From an uncultured Prevotella sp. (GTDB lineage Bacteria; Bacteroidota; Bacteroidia; Bacteroidales; Bacteroidaceae), in contig URER01000003.1 of the NCBI GenBank assembly GCA_900547005.1, forward strand, positions 26,376-90,375: a stretch of DNA of 64,000 bases, written 5' to 3'. The position numbers and the translations under genes were made by a program. The notes beneath the pieces were generated by a model. The model saw only the letters and a list, made by a program, of their open reading frames with translations. It made no database searches and was not told the DNA's origin. Every line of letters starts with the position of its first letter. Position 1 is the first letter of the stretch. This document shows positions 20,324 to 30,722 of this stretch, one piece after another.

Positions 20324-21439
20324 ATGGTCCTGAAGAAAATATCAATTATAAACTACAAGAATATTGAGACGGCAACGATTGATTTGTCGCCAAAGATGAA
20401 TTGCCTGATAGGGCAGAATGGAATGGGAAAGACCAACTTTCTTGATGCGGTGTATTACCTGTCGTTCTGCCGGAGTGCGTTTGGCAGTGCCGACTCGCAG
20501 GTTATCATGCACGAGCGCGATTTCTTTGTGGTTGAGGGGGCGTATGAGATGGACAACGGCGATACGGAAAACATCTATTGCGGTATGAAGCGGGGCACGA
20601 AGAAGCACTTCAAGCGCAATAAGAAGGAGTATAAGCGGCTGTCGCAGCATATCGGATTGATTCCTGTCGTTTTTGTCTCGCCGTCGGATTCGATATTGAT
20701 TGGTGGAGGAAGCGACGAGCGAAGGAAACTGATGGATGTCGTTATCTCGCAGTATGACAATACTTATATAGACCTGCTGACACGGTATAACAAGGCTTTG
20801 CAGCAGCGTAACACGTTGCTGAAAAATGAGGAGGAGCCGGACGTGCAACTCATGGAGATTCTCGAAATGCAGATGGCGGAATGTGGCGAGGCTATCTATG
20901 CCAAGCGCGATGCTTTCGTGCGTGAGCTGATACCGGTGTTCCAAGAGATTTATCAGAGCATTGCGATGAATAAGGAGACGGTGTCTCTCGAATACATATC
21001 ACACTGTCAGCGAGGCCGTTTGATAGATGTGATACAGCGCGACCGCTTTAAGGACAGGGCGGTTGGATATTCTTTGCACGGCGTCCACCGCGACGACCTT
21101 GAGATGCTTATCGGCGGTTATCCGATAAGGCGAGAGGGCAGTCAGGGGCAGAATAAGACTTTTGTCCTTGCATTGAAGCTGGCGCAGTTTAATTTCCTGC
21201 GTCGCACGTCGAGCAATTCCACGCCTTTGCTGTTGCTTGATGATATATTCGACAAGCTCGATGCCGAGCGTGTGGAACAGATTGTGAAGTTGGTGTCGGG
21301 CGAAGGCTATGGCCAGATTTTCATGACAGATACCAACCGTGACCATTTGGATAAGATTTTGAAGAACGGCAATATCGATTATAGAATATTCTCGGTGGAC
21401 AACGGGGAGATAATAAAGAAGGAGGAAGGCAATGTTTAG
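20324..21439 (+). CDS. recF: DNA replication/repair protein RecF
   Basis: GQNGMGKTN Walker A, GSQGQ and LLLDDIFDKLD. Confidence 0.96.
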   Translation: MVLKKISIINYKNIETATIDLSPKMNCLIGQNGMGKTNFLDAVYYLSFCRSAFGSADSQVIMHERDFFVVEGAYEMDNGDTENIYCGMKRGTKKHFKRNKKEYKRLSQHIGLIPVVFVSPSDSILIGGGSDERRKLMDVVISQYDNTYIDLLTRYNKALQQRNTLLKNEEEPDVQLMEILEMQMAECGEAIYAKRDAFVRELIPVFQEIYQSIAMNKETVSLEYISHCQRGRLIDVIQRDRFKDRAVGYSLHGVHRDDLEMLIGGYPIRREGSQGQNKTFVLALKLAQFNFLRRTSSNSTPLLLLDDIFDKLDAERVEQIVKLVSGEGYGQIFMTDTNRDHLDKILKNGNIDYRIFSVDNGEIIKKEEGNV

Positions 21440-21722
21440 GCGCAGCGTGCAGGATATTCGTTCGGTGCTGAACACGTTTTTGAGGCAGAAAGGCCTTGAG
21501 ACGCCGTTGTTGCAGAAACGTCTGATGGATGCGTGGCCGGATGTTGTGGGACGTAGTGTGGTGCGTTATACGGGTGAGATGTTTATCAAAAACCAGACCT
21601 TGTTCGTGAAAATCTCCAGTCCGGCGTTGCGCGCCGACCTCTCCATGAGGCGCACGCAGCTCGTTAAACAACTGAATGACGCTGTGGGGGCGATGGTTAT
21701 AGCCGATATTAAGATTTATTAA
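21432..21722 (+). CDS. DUF721 / DciA-family protein
   Basis: Small protein overlapping the recF stop; WPDVVG motif. Confidence 0.82.
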   Translation: MFRRSVQDIRSVLNTFLRQKGLETPLLQKRLMDAWPDVVGRSVVRYTGEMFIKNQTLFVKISSPALRADLSMRRTQLVKQLNDAVGAMVIADIKIY

Positions 21723-21883
21723 AAAGCCTCACCCCCGACCCCTCCCCAAAAGGGAGGGGAGTGATTACCTTCTTTGCTTTATTTCTCACATTAAAAGAAG
21801 ACAAGAATTTTGGAATTAAAGTCCTCTATCAAAATACTAATTACTCCCCTCTCTCTTGGAGAGGGGTCGGGGGTGAGGCTTTT
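21721..21883. mobile_element. REP/MITE-like element with ~45-bp terminal inverted repeats
   Basis: Left arm aaaagcctcacccccgacccctccccaaaagggaggggagtgatt; reverse complement of right arm aaaagcctcacccccgacccctctccaagagagaggggagtaatt. Confidence 0.75.
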
Positions 21884-22414
21884 TTATAGCACTTCATCCA
21901 TCCTAATGTCGGTTTCTTCAGTCGGCACCTCTTCGACCTTTTGGAAATCGAAGCACATACCAATTTTATAGGCTTGCGGAATGTGGGCGAGGAGACGGTC
22001 GTAATAACCTTTTCCGCGGCCGAGACGGTTGCCGTCATTGTCGAAACTCATGCCGGGAATGATGGCAACGTCAATTTCGGAATAACAGGGGAAGGGCTTT
22101 CCTACTGGCTCCATAATCCCGAAACTTCCTGTTTTCAAGTCTTCTGCTCCGCGATAAAGTCGCAATTCCATGTCCTCACCATTGAGAACGACGGGCAGGA
22201 GTACTGTCTTTCCTTCTTCGACGAGTGTGTTTATAACTTTGTGGGTGAAGACTTCGTCGGGCAGTGAGTAATACATTAATATGGTGTCGGCCTCCTTAAC
22301 GTGCCGGTTATCCAACATTCGCAGTAAAACAGAAAGCGACAATTCTCGAAGTTGTGCCTCCGAGAATTGCCGCTTTCTTGCTCTTATCTCTTGTCTGAGT
22401 TCTTTCTTAAGCAT
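21884..22414 (-). CDS. 5-formyltetrahydrofolate cyclo-ligase
   Basis: GNRLGRGKGYYDR motif. Confidence 0.93.
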   Translation of the reverse strand: MLKKELRQEIRARKRQFSEAQLRELSLSVLLRMLDNRHVKEADTILMYYSLPDEVFTHKVINTLVEEGKTVLLPVVLNGEDMELRLYRGAEDLKTGSFGIMEPVGKPFPCYSEIDVAIIPGMSFDNDGNRLGRGKGYYDRLLAHIPQAYKIGMCFDFQKVEEVPTEETDIRMDEVL

Positions 22415-24128
22415 GAGCTATGTGTCTGTCGTTTTCAGCTTTTATGCTTCCGAAACCCTTGCGGTTGAAAAATGCGGTCTTGCCGTTGCTTTTCTTATTG
22501 CTGTTTTGTGGTTTCTTAGGGAATGCCGATTTTGTGCGGAATACATCGAGTGCGGCATTTATCATATCGTCGCCATTGTTGAGGTATTGCGTCCAAACAG
22601 TCTCGCTGAGCATATTGTATATGATTCTTGAGAAGATGTAACGCTCCAGTTTGTCGTGCGACTTCATTATCAGCAGGTTGCGACGCTTCAAGCCGTTCTT
22701 GTCGGCGTATTCAGCGAACTGTTCCACGAGGTTCTGCTGTTTCAGATAGTCCAGCATCTTGTCCAATGTGTCGTATTCGGCCAGCTTGTGCCTGTTCTCA
22801 TCTGTATAGGTATAGGCGAATTGCAGAATCAGACCGCTCATGGCCGCTTCCTTATAATAGGATGTCATGTTTGTACTGTCTTCGGGAATGAAGATGTCCG
22901 GCGTGATGCCGCCGCCGCCATATACGGTGCGTCCGATGCTTGTGTGATAGGCAGGGCCGGTGTGCTTTATGCTGTCTTGCGAGAAGAACTCTCCGTGCTG
23001 GAACCGGGAAAGCAGGTCTTGGTCGTATTGCAACTCGTCGCCAGGAGTGTAAGGTTTTTGAATACATCTGCCCGAAGGAGTGTAATATCGCGCTATGGTG
23101 AGTCTTATCATGCTTCCGTCGGGGAAGTTTATCTGTTGCTGTACAAGTCCTTTGCCGAACGAGCGCCGGCCGATGATGGTGCCTCGGTCGTTGTCTTGTA
23201 TCGCCCCGGCGAAAATTTCGGATGCCGAAGCGGATGCCTCATCGATGAGAACCACGAGCGGGATGTCCTGATATGAGCCGCGTCCGTCGCTCTTGTAGTT
23301 CATTCGTGGCGAGTTCCGGCCCTCGGTATATACAATGATGCGGTCTTTCGGCAGGAACTCGTTGACCATCTGTGTGGCTGATTGCAGGTAGCCGCCGGTG
23401 TTGTCGCGCAGGTCTATTACAAGGTTTGTGAAGCCGTTGTATGACAGTTCGGTTAAGGCTACGAGCATTTCGGCGTAGGTCTTCTCGCCAAAGTTCTTTA
23501 TTTTGATGTACCCGGTGCCATCGTCGAGCATATATGCGGCCGAGATGCTCTTGGTGGTGATGTCGTCTCGGGTCACGGTGAAGTTCTTGACGGCCTTCTC
23601 TCCGTATCTTTTCACTCCTATTCTTACAGTCGTTCCCTTCTTTCCTTTTAGGCGGTGCATCGCCTCTTCATTGGTTACAATCTTACCAACGAATGGTTTC
23701 CCGTCGATACTCACAATCTTGTCGCCAGACAAAAGTCCTGATTTTTCAGCCGGTCCGTCTTTTATCACATTTTCAATGTGTATGGTGTCTTTGCGTATTG
23801 TGAACTCGATGCCTACACCGGAGAAAGAGCCTTTGAGGTCGTCGTTGGCTGTCTGGACATCTTTTGCGCTGATGTAGACAGAGTGAGGGTCCAGCTCTCG
23901 TAGGATTTGCGGAATGGCTTTCTCCACCAAGTTGTCGATATTCACCGAGTCAACGTATTGGTCGTTGATGATGTGGAGTAGGTTGTTCAGGCGGTTACTG
24001 CCGCTGTTGATGATATTCAGCCTGTTTCCTGAGAATCTGTTGGCATAGAATGTGCCTATGACAATGCCTATGATAATACATAGGGCCATCATCAATGGTG
24101 TGTATCTGTTTTGCTTATTCTGCCTCAT
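22407..24128 (-). CDS. S41 C-terminal processing peptidase
   Basis: LDPHS, PDZ domain, DLRDNTGG, SASASEI and FGKGLVQ. Confidence 0.93.
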   Translation of the reverse strand: MRQNKQNRYTPLMMALCIIIGIVIGTFYANRFSGNRLNIINSGSNRLNNLLHIINDQYVDSVNIDNLVEKAIPQILRELDPHSVYISAKDVQTANDDLKGSFSGVGIEFTIRKDTIHIENVIKDGPAEKSGLLSGDKIVSIDGKPFVGKIVTNEEAMHRLKGKKGTTVRIGVKRYGEKAVKNFTVTRDDITTKSISAAYMLDDGTGYIKIKNFGEKTYAEMLVALTELSYNGFTNLVIDLRDNTGGYLQSATQMVNEFLPKDRIIVYTEGRNSPRMNYKSDGRGSYQDIPLVVLIDEASASASEIFAGAIQDNDRGTIIGRRSFGKGLVQQQINFPDGSMIRLTIARYYTPSGRCIQKPYTPGDELQYDQDLLSRFQHGEFFSQDSIKHTGPAYHTSIGRTVYGGGGITPDIFIPEDSTNMTSYYKEAAMSGLILQFAYTYTDENRHKLAEYDTLDKMLDYLKQQNLVEQFAEYADKNGLKRRNLLIMKSHDKLERYIFSRIIYNMLSETVWTQYLNNGDDMINAALDVFRTKSAFPKKPQNSNKKSNGKTAFFNRKGFGSIKAENDRHIAHA

Positions 24129-24561
24129 ATTCGTCCGGATTTAAGTAAATTACTTCGATATTCGCTCTTCTTAGTAAGTTGATTCCGTCTTCAAGCCGGT
24201 ATGCCTCACCGTAAACAACCCTCTTTATGCCGGCTTGTATTATCAGTTTGGAACATTCAAGACATGGCGCGGCGGTTACGTATAATGTCGCTCTGTCGCT
24301 GTTGTTGGAACTTCTTGCAAGTTTGGTTATAGCGTTGGCTTCTGCGTGTAGCACGTATGGCTTCGTGAGGTTATTCTCATCTTCGCATATATTCTCGAAT
24401 CCGCTTGGCGTTCCGTTATATCCGTCGCTTATTATCATCTTGTCCTTTACGACAAGTGCGCCTACCTGTCTGCGTTTGCAGTAGGAGTTTTTAGCCCATA
24501 TACGTGCCATGCGCAGATAACGTAGATCGAGCAGCAGTTGCTTTTCTGTGGTCTTAGGCAT
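24115..24561 (-). CDS. dCMP deaminase family protein
   Basis: HAEANA and PCLEC zinc-binding motifs. Confidence 0.92.
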   Translation of the reverse strand: MPKTTEKQLLLDLRYLRMARIWAKNSYCKRRQVGALVVKDKMIISDGYNGTPSGFENICEDENNLTKPYVLHAEANAITKLARSSNNSDRATLYVTAAPCLECSKLIIQAGIKRVVYGEAYRLEDGINLLRRANIEVIYLNPDEYEAE

Positions 24562-26650
24562 CGCAAGTTCCTTTCTTCAATGGTTTCTTTATTCCGTTTC
24601 TTTCGAGAAGTGCGTCTATTGTGGGTTCGCATCCGCGGAAACGCTTGTATAAAGTCATTGGGTGTTCCGTTCCACCCTTTGATAAAATGTTGCTGCGGAA
24701 GCTCTCGGCTGTGGCTTGGTCGAATATTCCGTTGCGTTTGAACACGCTGAATGCGTCGGCATCGAGTACTTCAGCCCACTTATAACTGTAATATCCTGCG
24801 GCATATCCGCCTGCCATTATGTGCGAGAACTGCACAGTCATGCAAGTGTCTTTGCGCTGCTTGTCGATTATTGCATCTTTCCATGCGTCTTTCTCGAAGG
24901 CTATAATGTCGTCTTTGAACTCGTCTTTTTGAGTGTAATATGCCATATCGAGCAGTCCGAAAGAAACCTGACGTAGGCACGCTGTGGCTGCTCCGTAGTT
25001 GCGGCTGCGTATGATTTTCTCGATTAACTCATCCGGCATAGGCTCTCCGGTCTGGTAATGGAAAGCGAAGGTGCGCAGGAAATCCTTCTCGATTACGAAG
25101 TTCTCCATGAATTGAGATGGCAGTTCAACAAAGTCCCACCACACGTTTGTGCCTGACAGACTCTCAAAACGGGAGTTTGCGAATATGCCGTGCAGCGAGT
25201 GTCCGAACTCATGCAGGAATGTTTCCACTTCTCCCAAACGCAACAAGGCTGGCTTGTCGGCAGTCGGTTTACTCAGATTCATCACGAGACTGACGTGAGG
25301 ACGAACGTTCGTTCCGTCTTTTTCGATATACTGCCCTTGAAATTCTGTCATCCAGGCACCATCGCGTTTGCCTTTGCGGGGGTGGAAATCTACATATAAA
25401 ACGGCAAGATAGCTTCCGTCTTTGTCGTAAACTTCAAATGGCTTCACATCGGAATGATATGTCGGAATCTCGCGGTTTTCACGGAATGTGATACCGTATA
25501 GTTTGGTGGCAAGGCCGAATACGCCTTTTATTACGTTGTTTATCTCGAGATACGGGCGTAACATCTCCGGGTCGAGGTCGTACTTTTCGAGTTTCAGGAG
25601 GTGAGAATAATACCCCCAGTCCCACGGTTGCATCTCGAAATCTGCTCCCTCACGCTCTTTCGCAAATGCCTCTATCTCGTCTCTTTCCTTTATCGCCGTC
25701 GGCTTGTAGGCCTCAATCAGGTCATTGAGCAGCTTGTAAACGTTCTCAACATTTATTGCCATGCGATACTTCATTACATAGTCGGCGAAAGTGTCGTAGC
25801 CCAAGAGCTGTGCCATCTCGCGGCGCAGGTTGATAAGGCGCTTGCAAATGTCGATGTTGTTCTCGCTGTTGTCCTTTATGCACAGCGTGTTGCGGGCCAT
25901 ATAAAGTTGCTCGCGCAAGTGCCGTTGTGTGGAGTACATCATGAACGGACCGTAACTCGGAGCGTCGAGTGTGAACACCCAGCCTTCTTTTTCGTGCTCT
26001 TTCGCCGCTTCTTCGGCTGCGTGTATAGCTGTATCCGGCAGTCCTTCAAGCTCATTCTTATCGGTAATGTTTAGAATGAACACCTTGTTCTCCTTCAATA
26101 AGTTCTGTGAGAACTGCAAAGCGAGCAGACTTATCTCCTCGGTCAGTTTGCGCAGTTTTTCTTTCCCGGCCTCATCGAGTAGCGCACCACTGCGAACAAA
26201 GCCGTCATAGCTGTTGTTCAGTAGCATGGTTTCTTCGTCTGTGAGTTCCCTATGGTTCTCATAGACATACTTTATGCGTTCGAAAAGTTTTGGATTAAGA
26301 CTTATATCGTTTGAATGCTTCGTCAGAATAGGACTCATTTTCTGTGCCAAGGCATCCATTTCATCGTTGGTCTCGGCGCTTAGCATATTAAAGAAGACAC
26401 TCTCCACGCGTCCTAATAAGTCGTAGTAGTGCTTGCGGCCCTTCACTTCGTCCTCGCGTACAATCGTATTCTCGAATGTCGGTTCGGCCGGGTCGTTTAT
26501 TATTCTTTCTATTTGTTCGTCTTCTCTGCGCATTCCCTCTATCATCGCCTCCTCGTAGTCGGCTATGGTAATGTCACAGAAAGGTACAGTCTCGTGCGGA
26601 GTGTTGTATTGTTGCAGGAAAGGGTTGGTGTGGATGTTTTTTTCTTCCAT
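24554..26650 (-). CDS. dcp: M3 peptidyl-dipeptidase Dcp
   Basis: HEFGHSLH, DFVELPSQ and GYAAGYYSYKWAE; exact start uncertain. Confidence 0.88.
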   Translation of the reverse strand: MEEKNIHTNPFLQQYNTPHETVPFCDITIADYEEAMIEGMRREDEQIERIINDPAEPTFENTIVREDEVKGRKHYYDLLGRVESVFFNMLSAETNDEMDALAQKMSPILTKHSNDISLNPKLFERIKYVYENHRELTDEETMLLNNSYDGFVRSGALLDEAGKEKLRKLTEEISLLALQFSQNLLKENKVFILNITDKNELEGLPDTAIHAAEEAAKEHEKEGWVFTLDAPSYGPFMMYSTQRHLREQLYMARNTLCIKDNSENNIDICKRLINLRREMAQLLGYDTFADYVMKYRMAINVENVYKLLNDLIEAYKPTAIKERDEIEAFAKEREGADFEMQPWDWGYYSHLLKLEKYDLDPEMLRPYLEINNVIKGVFGLATKLYGITFRENREIPTYHSDVKPFEVYDKDGSYLAVLYVDFHPRKGKRDGAWMTEFQGQYIEKDGTNVRPHVSLVMNLSKPTADKPALLRLGEVETFLHEFGHSLHGIFANSRFESLSGTNVWWDFVELPSQFMENFVIEKDFLRTFAFHYQTGEPMPDELIEKIIRSRNYGAATACLRQVSFGLLDMAYYTQKDEFKDDIIAFEKDAWKDAIIDKQRKDTCMTVQFSHIMAGGYAAGYYSYKWAEVLDADAFSVFKRNGIFDQATAESFRSNILSKGGTEHPMTLYKRFRGCEPTIDALLERNGIKKPLKKGTCDA

Positions 26651-26755
26651 ATCTAATAATGATGAAGCTATATGCTTTTGCAATGTTTCTTATATGTCGT
26701 TATTCATGCAAAGTTACGGAAAATCAAGCGATTGGCAAAATGATAAAGCCGCTTT

Positions 26756-27442
26756 TTAACGTATATTGCATATCTGAATAAGCATTTCCACCTGCGGAAT
26801 GTGTATCGCTCCTCTGCCGAGTCTGATGAGTCCTTCGGCCTGCATGGCGTTGAGAGCTCTTGAAACGTTCAGTCTGCTGTCGCAGATTTCCTCCGCAAGG
26901 TCTTCCATGCGTATCTTTATGTGCTTCTCTCCGGCCGGCCTTTGGCATCTTTGTTCTATGAAATGGATTATGCGTTCGCGTACTGACAGCGGCGTTGAGC
27001 GCCAAATCGTTTGCGATTGTTTTTGTGCTATGGTCGAAATGATGTTCAGTAGATTCATGCGGAATATGATGAAGTTGTCTGATAGTTTCATTACTTCCTG
27101 CTTATCGAGTGCTATGAAGTTGCACTGCCCTACGGCAAAGTATGTCGTAGTGTACCGTTGTTTCAATCCGAACAGACGCTCCGGCTGCAAAACTGTGGGT
27201 GCATTTATCTCTTCCGTGATGCTGTATCGTCGGTTGACAGACTGGTTTTCTATTCTCAGTTTGCCGTTTATAAGAAACACCAACTTGTCGCAAGTGTCGC
27301 CTTCGCGCATCACGCATTCTCCGTCTGCGGCCTTATGGAATCCGAATCTTATCTGCGCAACAATCTCAGACAGGTCATTACGGCTCAATCCCTGAAACAG
27401 AGACAGGCCATAGAGCGTGTCATATAATTGCAATGAAGGCAT
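26756..27442 (-). CDS. Crp/Fnr-family transcriptional regulator
   Basis: cNMP-binding-like N-terminus and C-terminal HTH (EDLAEEICDSRLNVSRAL). Confidence 0.87.
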   Translation of the reverse strand: MPSLQLYDTLYGLSLFQGLSRNDLSEIVAQIRFGFHKAADGECVMREGDTCDKLVFLINGKLRIENQSVNRRYSITEEINAPTVLQPERLFGLKQRYTTTYFAVGQCNFIALDKQEVMKLSDNFIIFRMNLLNIISTIAQKQSQTIWRSTPLSVRERIIHFIEQRCQRPAGEKHIKIRMEDLAEEICDSRLNVSRALNAMQAEGLIRLGRGAIHIPQVEMLIQICNIR

Positions 27443-27445
27443 GGG

Positions 27446-28483
27446 CTATTTCGCAATTTTGTCTTTCAGAGAGTCCGAATACCATGTGGCGGGCTTGCCG
27501 TTCTTGTCGGAATAGATGAAATAAGCCATCAGTTCGGGATGCTTGTCGAGCACTTTTTTTGCCTTGTCAATTCCCATTACCATGAAAGCTGTGGCGTATG
27601 CGTCGGCCGTGGCGCAGTTCTTGGTCAAAACCGTGGCTGACAACAAGCTGTGTTGCACGGGATAACCCGTCGTCGGGTCTATTGTATGGGCGTATTTCTT
27701 CCCGTCTTTATAGTAGAAGTTCCGATAGTTTCCACTTGTGGCCATCGCTTTATCGGTTACGTTGAGCACGGTCTGAATCTCCTCCTTCACGTTCAGGGTG
27801 TCGTCATTAGGTTTCGTTACTCCGATTTTCCACGGCAAGCGCTTCGGACTATAGCCCCGTGTTACAATCTCGCCACCTATCTCTATCATGAAATTCTTTA
27901 TGTCGTGCGAAAGGAAATAGCGCGCTATCACGTCGCAACCGTAGCCTTTCGCTATCGCGCTGCAATCCACCATGATGCGCGGGTCGGCTTTCTTTATCTT
28001 CATTGCACCGTTCTGTCTCGCCGTCTCCACTTTTCTGTAATCCACGAACCGGCGCAGACTGTTTATCGAATGTGTCGTAGGAGCCGTACCGTTTTTGAAT
28101 CCGAAGCCCCAAACGTTCACCAGAGGAGCCACCGTAATGTCGAAAGCACCGTTTGTTTCCTTCGATACCGACTGTGCAAGGTCGAACACTTCGAGAAACA
28201 TCTTGTCGGGTACGACCGCCTCGTTACGGTTTATTCGTGATATGACGGAGTTCTTGTTGAACATCGACAGAGAGGCATCTATCTTCTTTAGTTCGTTCTC
28301 TATTTCCTTTTTCAGGTTCTTGTCGCTCTGGTAAGTGATGTTATATACAGTTCCGAACACAAATCCGGAGTCATGTTGGTATGGCATAGACTGTTGCTGG
28401 CGTATGATAAGAGCCGTACCTATTATCAGCAGGATAAGAAACGGTAATTGCCATTTCAGTTGCTTTTTCTTCTTGTTGTCCAT
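27446..28483 (-). CDS. apbE: FAD:protein FMN transferase
   Basis: AIAKGY, EIGGE, ATSGNY and ADAYATA motifs. Confidence 0.93.
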   Translation of the reverse strand: MDNKKKKQLKWQLPFLILLIIGTALIIRQQQSMPYQHDSGFVFGTVYNITYQSDKNLKKEIENELKKIDASLSMFNKNSVISRINRNEAVVPDKMFLEVFDLAQSVSKETNGAFDITVAPLVNVWGFGFKNGTAPTTHSINSLRRFVDYRKVETARQNGAMKIKKADPRIMVDCSAIAKGYGCDVIARYFLSHDIKNFMIEIGGEIVTRGYSPKRLPWKIGVTKPNDDTLNVKEEIQTVLNVTDKAMATSGNYRNFYYKDGKKYAHTIDPTTGYPVQHSLLSATVLTKNCATADAYATAFMVMGIDKAKKVLDKHPELMAYFIYSDKNGKPATWYSDSLKDKIAK

Positions 28484-28532
28484 GTTATGAGGCTATTCAT
28501 GTTTTTTGTATCATTGTGCAGGGCAGAGGGCA

Positions 28533-29216
28533 TCACAGCTCAAAGGTGATATTGAATGTAGCTCCGAGCACTGACCCTCCTTGCTTGCCGAAGCCGGGAA
28601 CATACCACGGGTCGCCAATCTCGCCACTCTTCTTGGCCAGTCGCGAGCGATAGCGCACGCTCCAGCCCAAACGCAGTGGCCCGGCTATCTTAGCGTCTAC
28701 GCCTACGAGGGCCTCTATCCAGTGATAAGAGCCTTTCACGTCTTTCTCTCCGTATGGCGTGGCCGTTCCCCAAACGGGGTCTTCCACGTCAGGACCGGAT
28801 ATGTCATACTTGAACGAGGTGAAAGCGTATCTCGCACCGGCAAAGATGCGATATATGTCGTGTTTGTTCTTTGCAATGTTGAAGTCGCAACCGATTCTCG
28901 CAAACGGCGCGCTGGTCTTGTATTTGATACTTGTTGCCTCGTCCTCGTGGTTGGCCTGACCGATTCCAATTTCTATGACGGGGAAGTATTTGTCTTTCAG
29001 ATTCACCTTCAGCGCAGCCTCATACTGGCCGTAGTCGCTTATCATCATCTGCACCGGACCTACCGCATCCACGCTCACGGCTATTCCACGGAACAGCGGA
29101 ATGGAATCCTCATTCACCATAATCGGCGCCGTTGTCTTTTGTGCGTTTGCCGAAAGGGGCAGCAGTAGATTAATAATGAGGATGGAAATATATGTAAAGA
29201 TGTTCTTTTGTCTCAT
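28533..29216 (-). CDS. Putative outer-membrane beta-barrel protein (DUF6048-like)
   Basis: Signal peptide, beta-strand pattern and WYVPGFG. Confidence 0.7.
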   Translation of the reverse strand: MRQKNIFTYISILIINLLLPLSANAQKTTAPIMVNEDSIPLFRGIAVSVDAVGPVQMMISDYGQYEAALKVNLKDKYFPVIEIGIGQANHEDEATSIKYKTSAPFARIGCDFNIAKNKHDIYRIFAGARYAFTSFKYDISGPDVEDPVWGTATPYGEKDVKGSYHWIEALVGVDAKIAGPLRLGWSVRYRSRLAKKSGEIGDPWYVPGFGKQGGSVLGATFNITFEL

Positions 29217-29649
29217 CAGTGTCTACGTTAGGATTGTTTATTACAACCGAGTCGATGGCGTTCTTCGTATGCGTTACGCCCGTGATGGTGTGGAAAAAAG
29301 CAGGGTTGCAGTCCACGGACTCAAAGTGTGGCTGATTGGTTTTCTGTATTTTCACGATGTCGGTCGTTACGGTTTTCGTTATCGTGTCTATCATCTCGAA
29401 GCGCAGTTCGTCCTCATCCTGTGAATAACTCATAGGCAGCAGGAAGTAGGTCGTTTCCACTCCGCGGTTGAACAGTGTGCTGTCGTCTTTGTCCGGCCTT
29501 ACCGCCATAATCGTGAGCGTGTCGGCAAGGGTGTCTACCGGCCCGCGCAAGGCAAACCTCACGCTCACCGTATTGTTCATCGGGCAGTCGAGCGTGGTGC
29601 AGGCGGCAATCAGCGATGCCGCAATCAGTATCGGAATTATTTTCCGCAT
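29170..29649 (-). CDS. Lipoprotein (DUF6452-like)
   Basis: Likely start MRKIIPILIAASLIAAC (lipobox); HFESVDC motif. Confidence 0.72.
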   Translation of the reverse strand: MRKIIPILIAASLIAACTTLDCPMNNTVSVRFALRGPVDTLADTLTIMAVRPDKDDSTLFNRGVETTYFLLPMSYSQDEDELRFEMIDTITKTVTTDIVKIQKTNQPHFESVDCNPAFFHTITGVTHTKNAIDSVVINNPNVDTDETKEHLYIYFHPHY

Positions 29650-30599
29650 CTTATTTCCTCCTCTATCTGGTAGTCGTTGCGCTGGCTCGACGAACGGCTG
29701 ACAAGGTCGCCGATGAATCCCGCGAGAAACAGTTGCGTGCCAATCATCATCGTCGTGAGGGCGATATAGAACCACGGCGAGTCTGTTATCAGGTTGTGAT
29801 AGATGCCGTTCGACAGGTCAATCAACTTGCTTATGCCGATGGCAATCACCGAGAGAAAACCGATGAAGAACACTATCGAACCGAGAAATCCGAACACGTG
29901 CATAGGCTTCTTGCCGAAGCTGCTGAGGAACCACAGCGTGATAAGGTCGAGATAGCCGTTTACGAAACGGTTGAGGCCGAACTTCGACTTGCCGTATTTG
30001 CGCGCCTGATGATGCACAACCTTTTCGCCGATGCGGTCGAAGCCCGCGTTTTTCGCAAGATAAGGGATATATCTGTGCATCTCTCCATACACCTCGATAT
30101 TCTTTATCACATCCTTGCGATAAGCCTTCAGTCCGCAGTTGAAGTCGTGCAGGTTATGTATTCCGCTGATTTTCCTTGCCGTTGCGTTGAAAATCTTTGT
30201 AGGAATGGTTTTCGACAACGGGTCGTAGCGCTTCTGTTTATATCCGGATACAAGGTCAAACTTGTCCTCGGTAATCATGCGGTAAAGTTCCGGAATCTCG
30301 TCGGGCGAGTCTTGCAGGTCGGCATCCATCGTGATAACCACATCGCCCTGTGCCTCCTTGAAACCGCAATACAGCGCGGGACTCTTGCCATAGTTGCGGC
30401 GGAACTTTATGCCTTTCACGTTCTCGTGCTTCTCGCCGAGGCCTTCTATCACCTGCCACGAACGGTCGGTAGAGCCATCGTTTACGAATATCACTTCAAA
30501 AGAGAACTTGTTAGCGTTCATCACCCGCTCTATCCAAGTGTAAAGTTCGGGCAAAGACTCCTCCTCATTATATAAAGGTATTACTACTGATATGTCCAT
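29637..30599 (-). CDS. GT2 polyprenol-phosphate glycosyltransferase (ArnC/DPM1-like)
   Basis: PLYNEEE, DGSTD, RNYGKS, MDADLQD and C-terminal TM segments. Confidence 0.92.
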   Translation of the reverse strand: MDISVVIPLYNEEESLPELYTWIERVMNANKFSFEVIFVNDGSTDRSWQVIEGLGEKHENVKGIKFRRNYGKSPALYCGFKEAQGDVVITMDADLQDSPDEIPELYRMITEDKFDLVSGYKQKRYDPLSKTIPTKIFNATARKISGIHNLHDFNCGLKAYRKDVIKNIEVYGEMHRYIPYLAKNAGFDRIGEKVVHHQARKYGKSKFGLNRFVNGYLDLITLWFLSSFGKKPMHVFGFLGSIVFFIGFLSVIAIGISKLIDLSNGIYHNLITDSPWFYIALTTMMIGTQLFLAGFIGDLVSRSSSQRNDYQIEEEIRCGK

Positions 30600-30645
30600 T
30601 TCCGTTGATTTTATGTTTTCTTTCTTATTATTCTTCCTTTTGCTA

Positions 30646-30722
30646 TTAAACCTTAGACCTCCCACCTCATGACAGAAACCTAAGGCCTTATAACCTTAAA
30701 CCTCCCACCTCATAACCTTAAA
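30646..30722. repeat. Short direct repeats (cctta[g/a]acctcccacctcat twice plus accttaaa-like units)
   Basis: Two near-identical 20-mers; the motif recurs as its reverse complement (gtgaggtgggaggt) at about 43377-43390. Confidence 0.6.
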
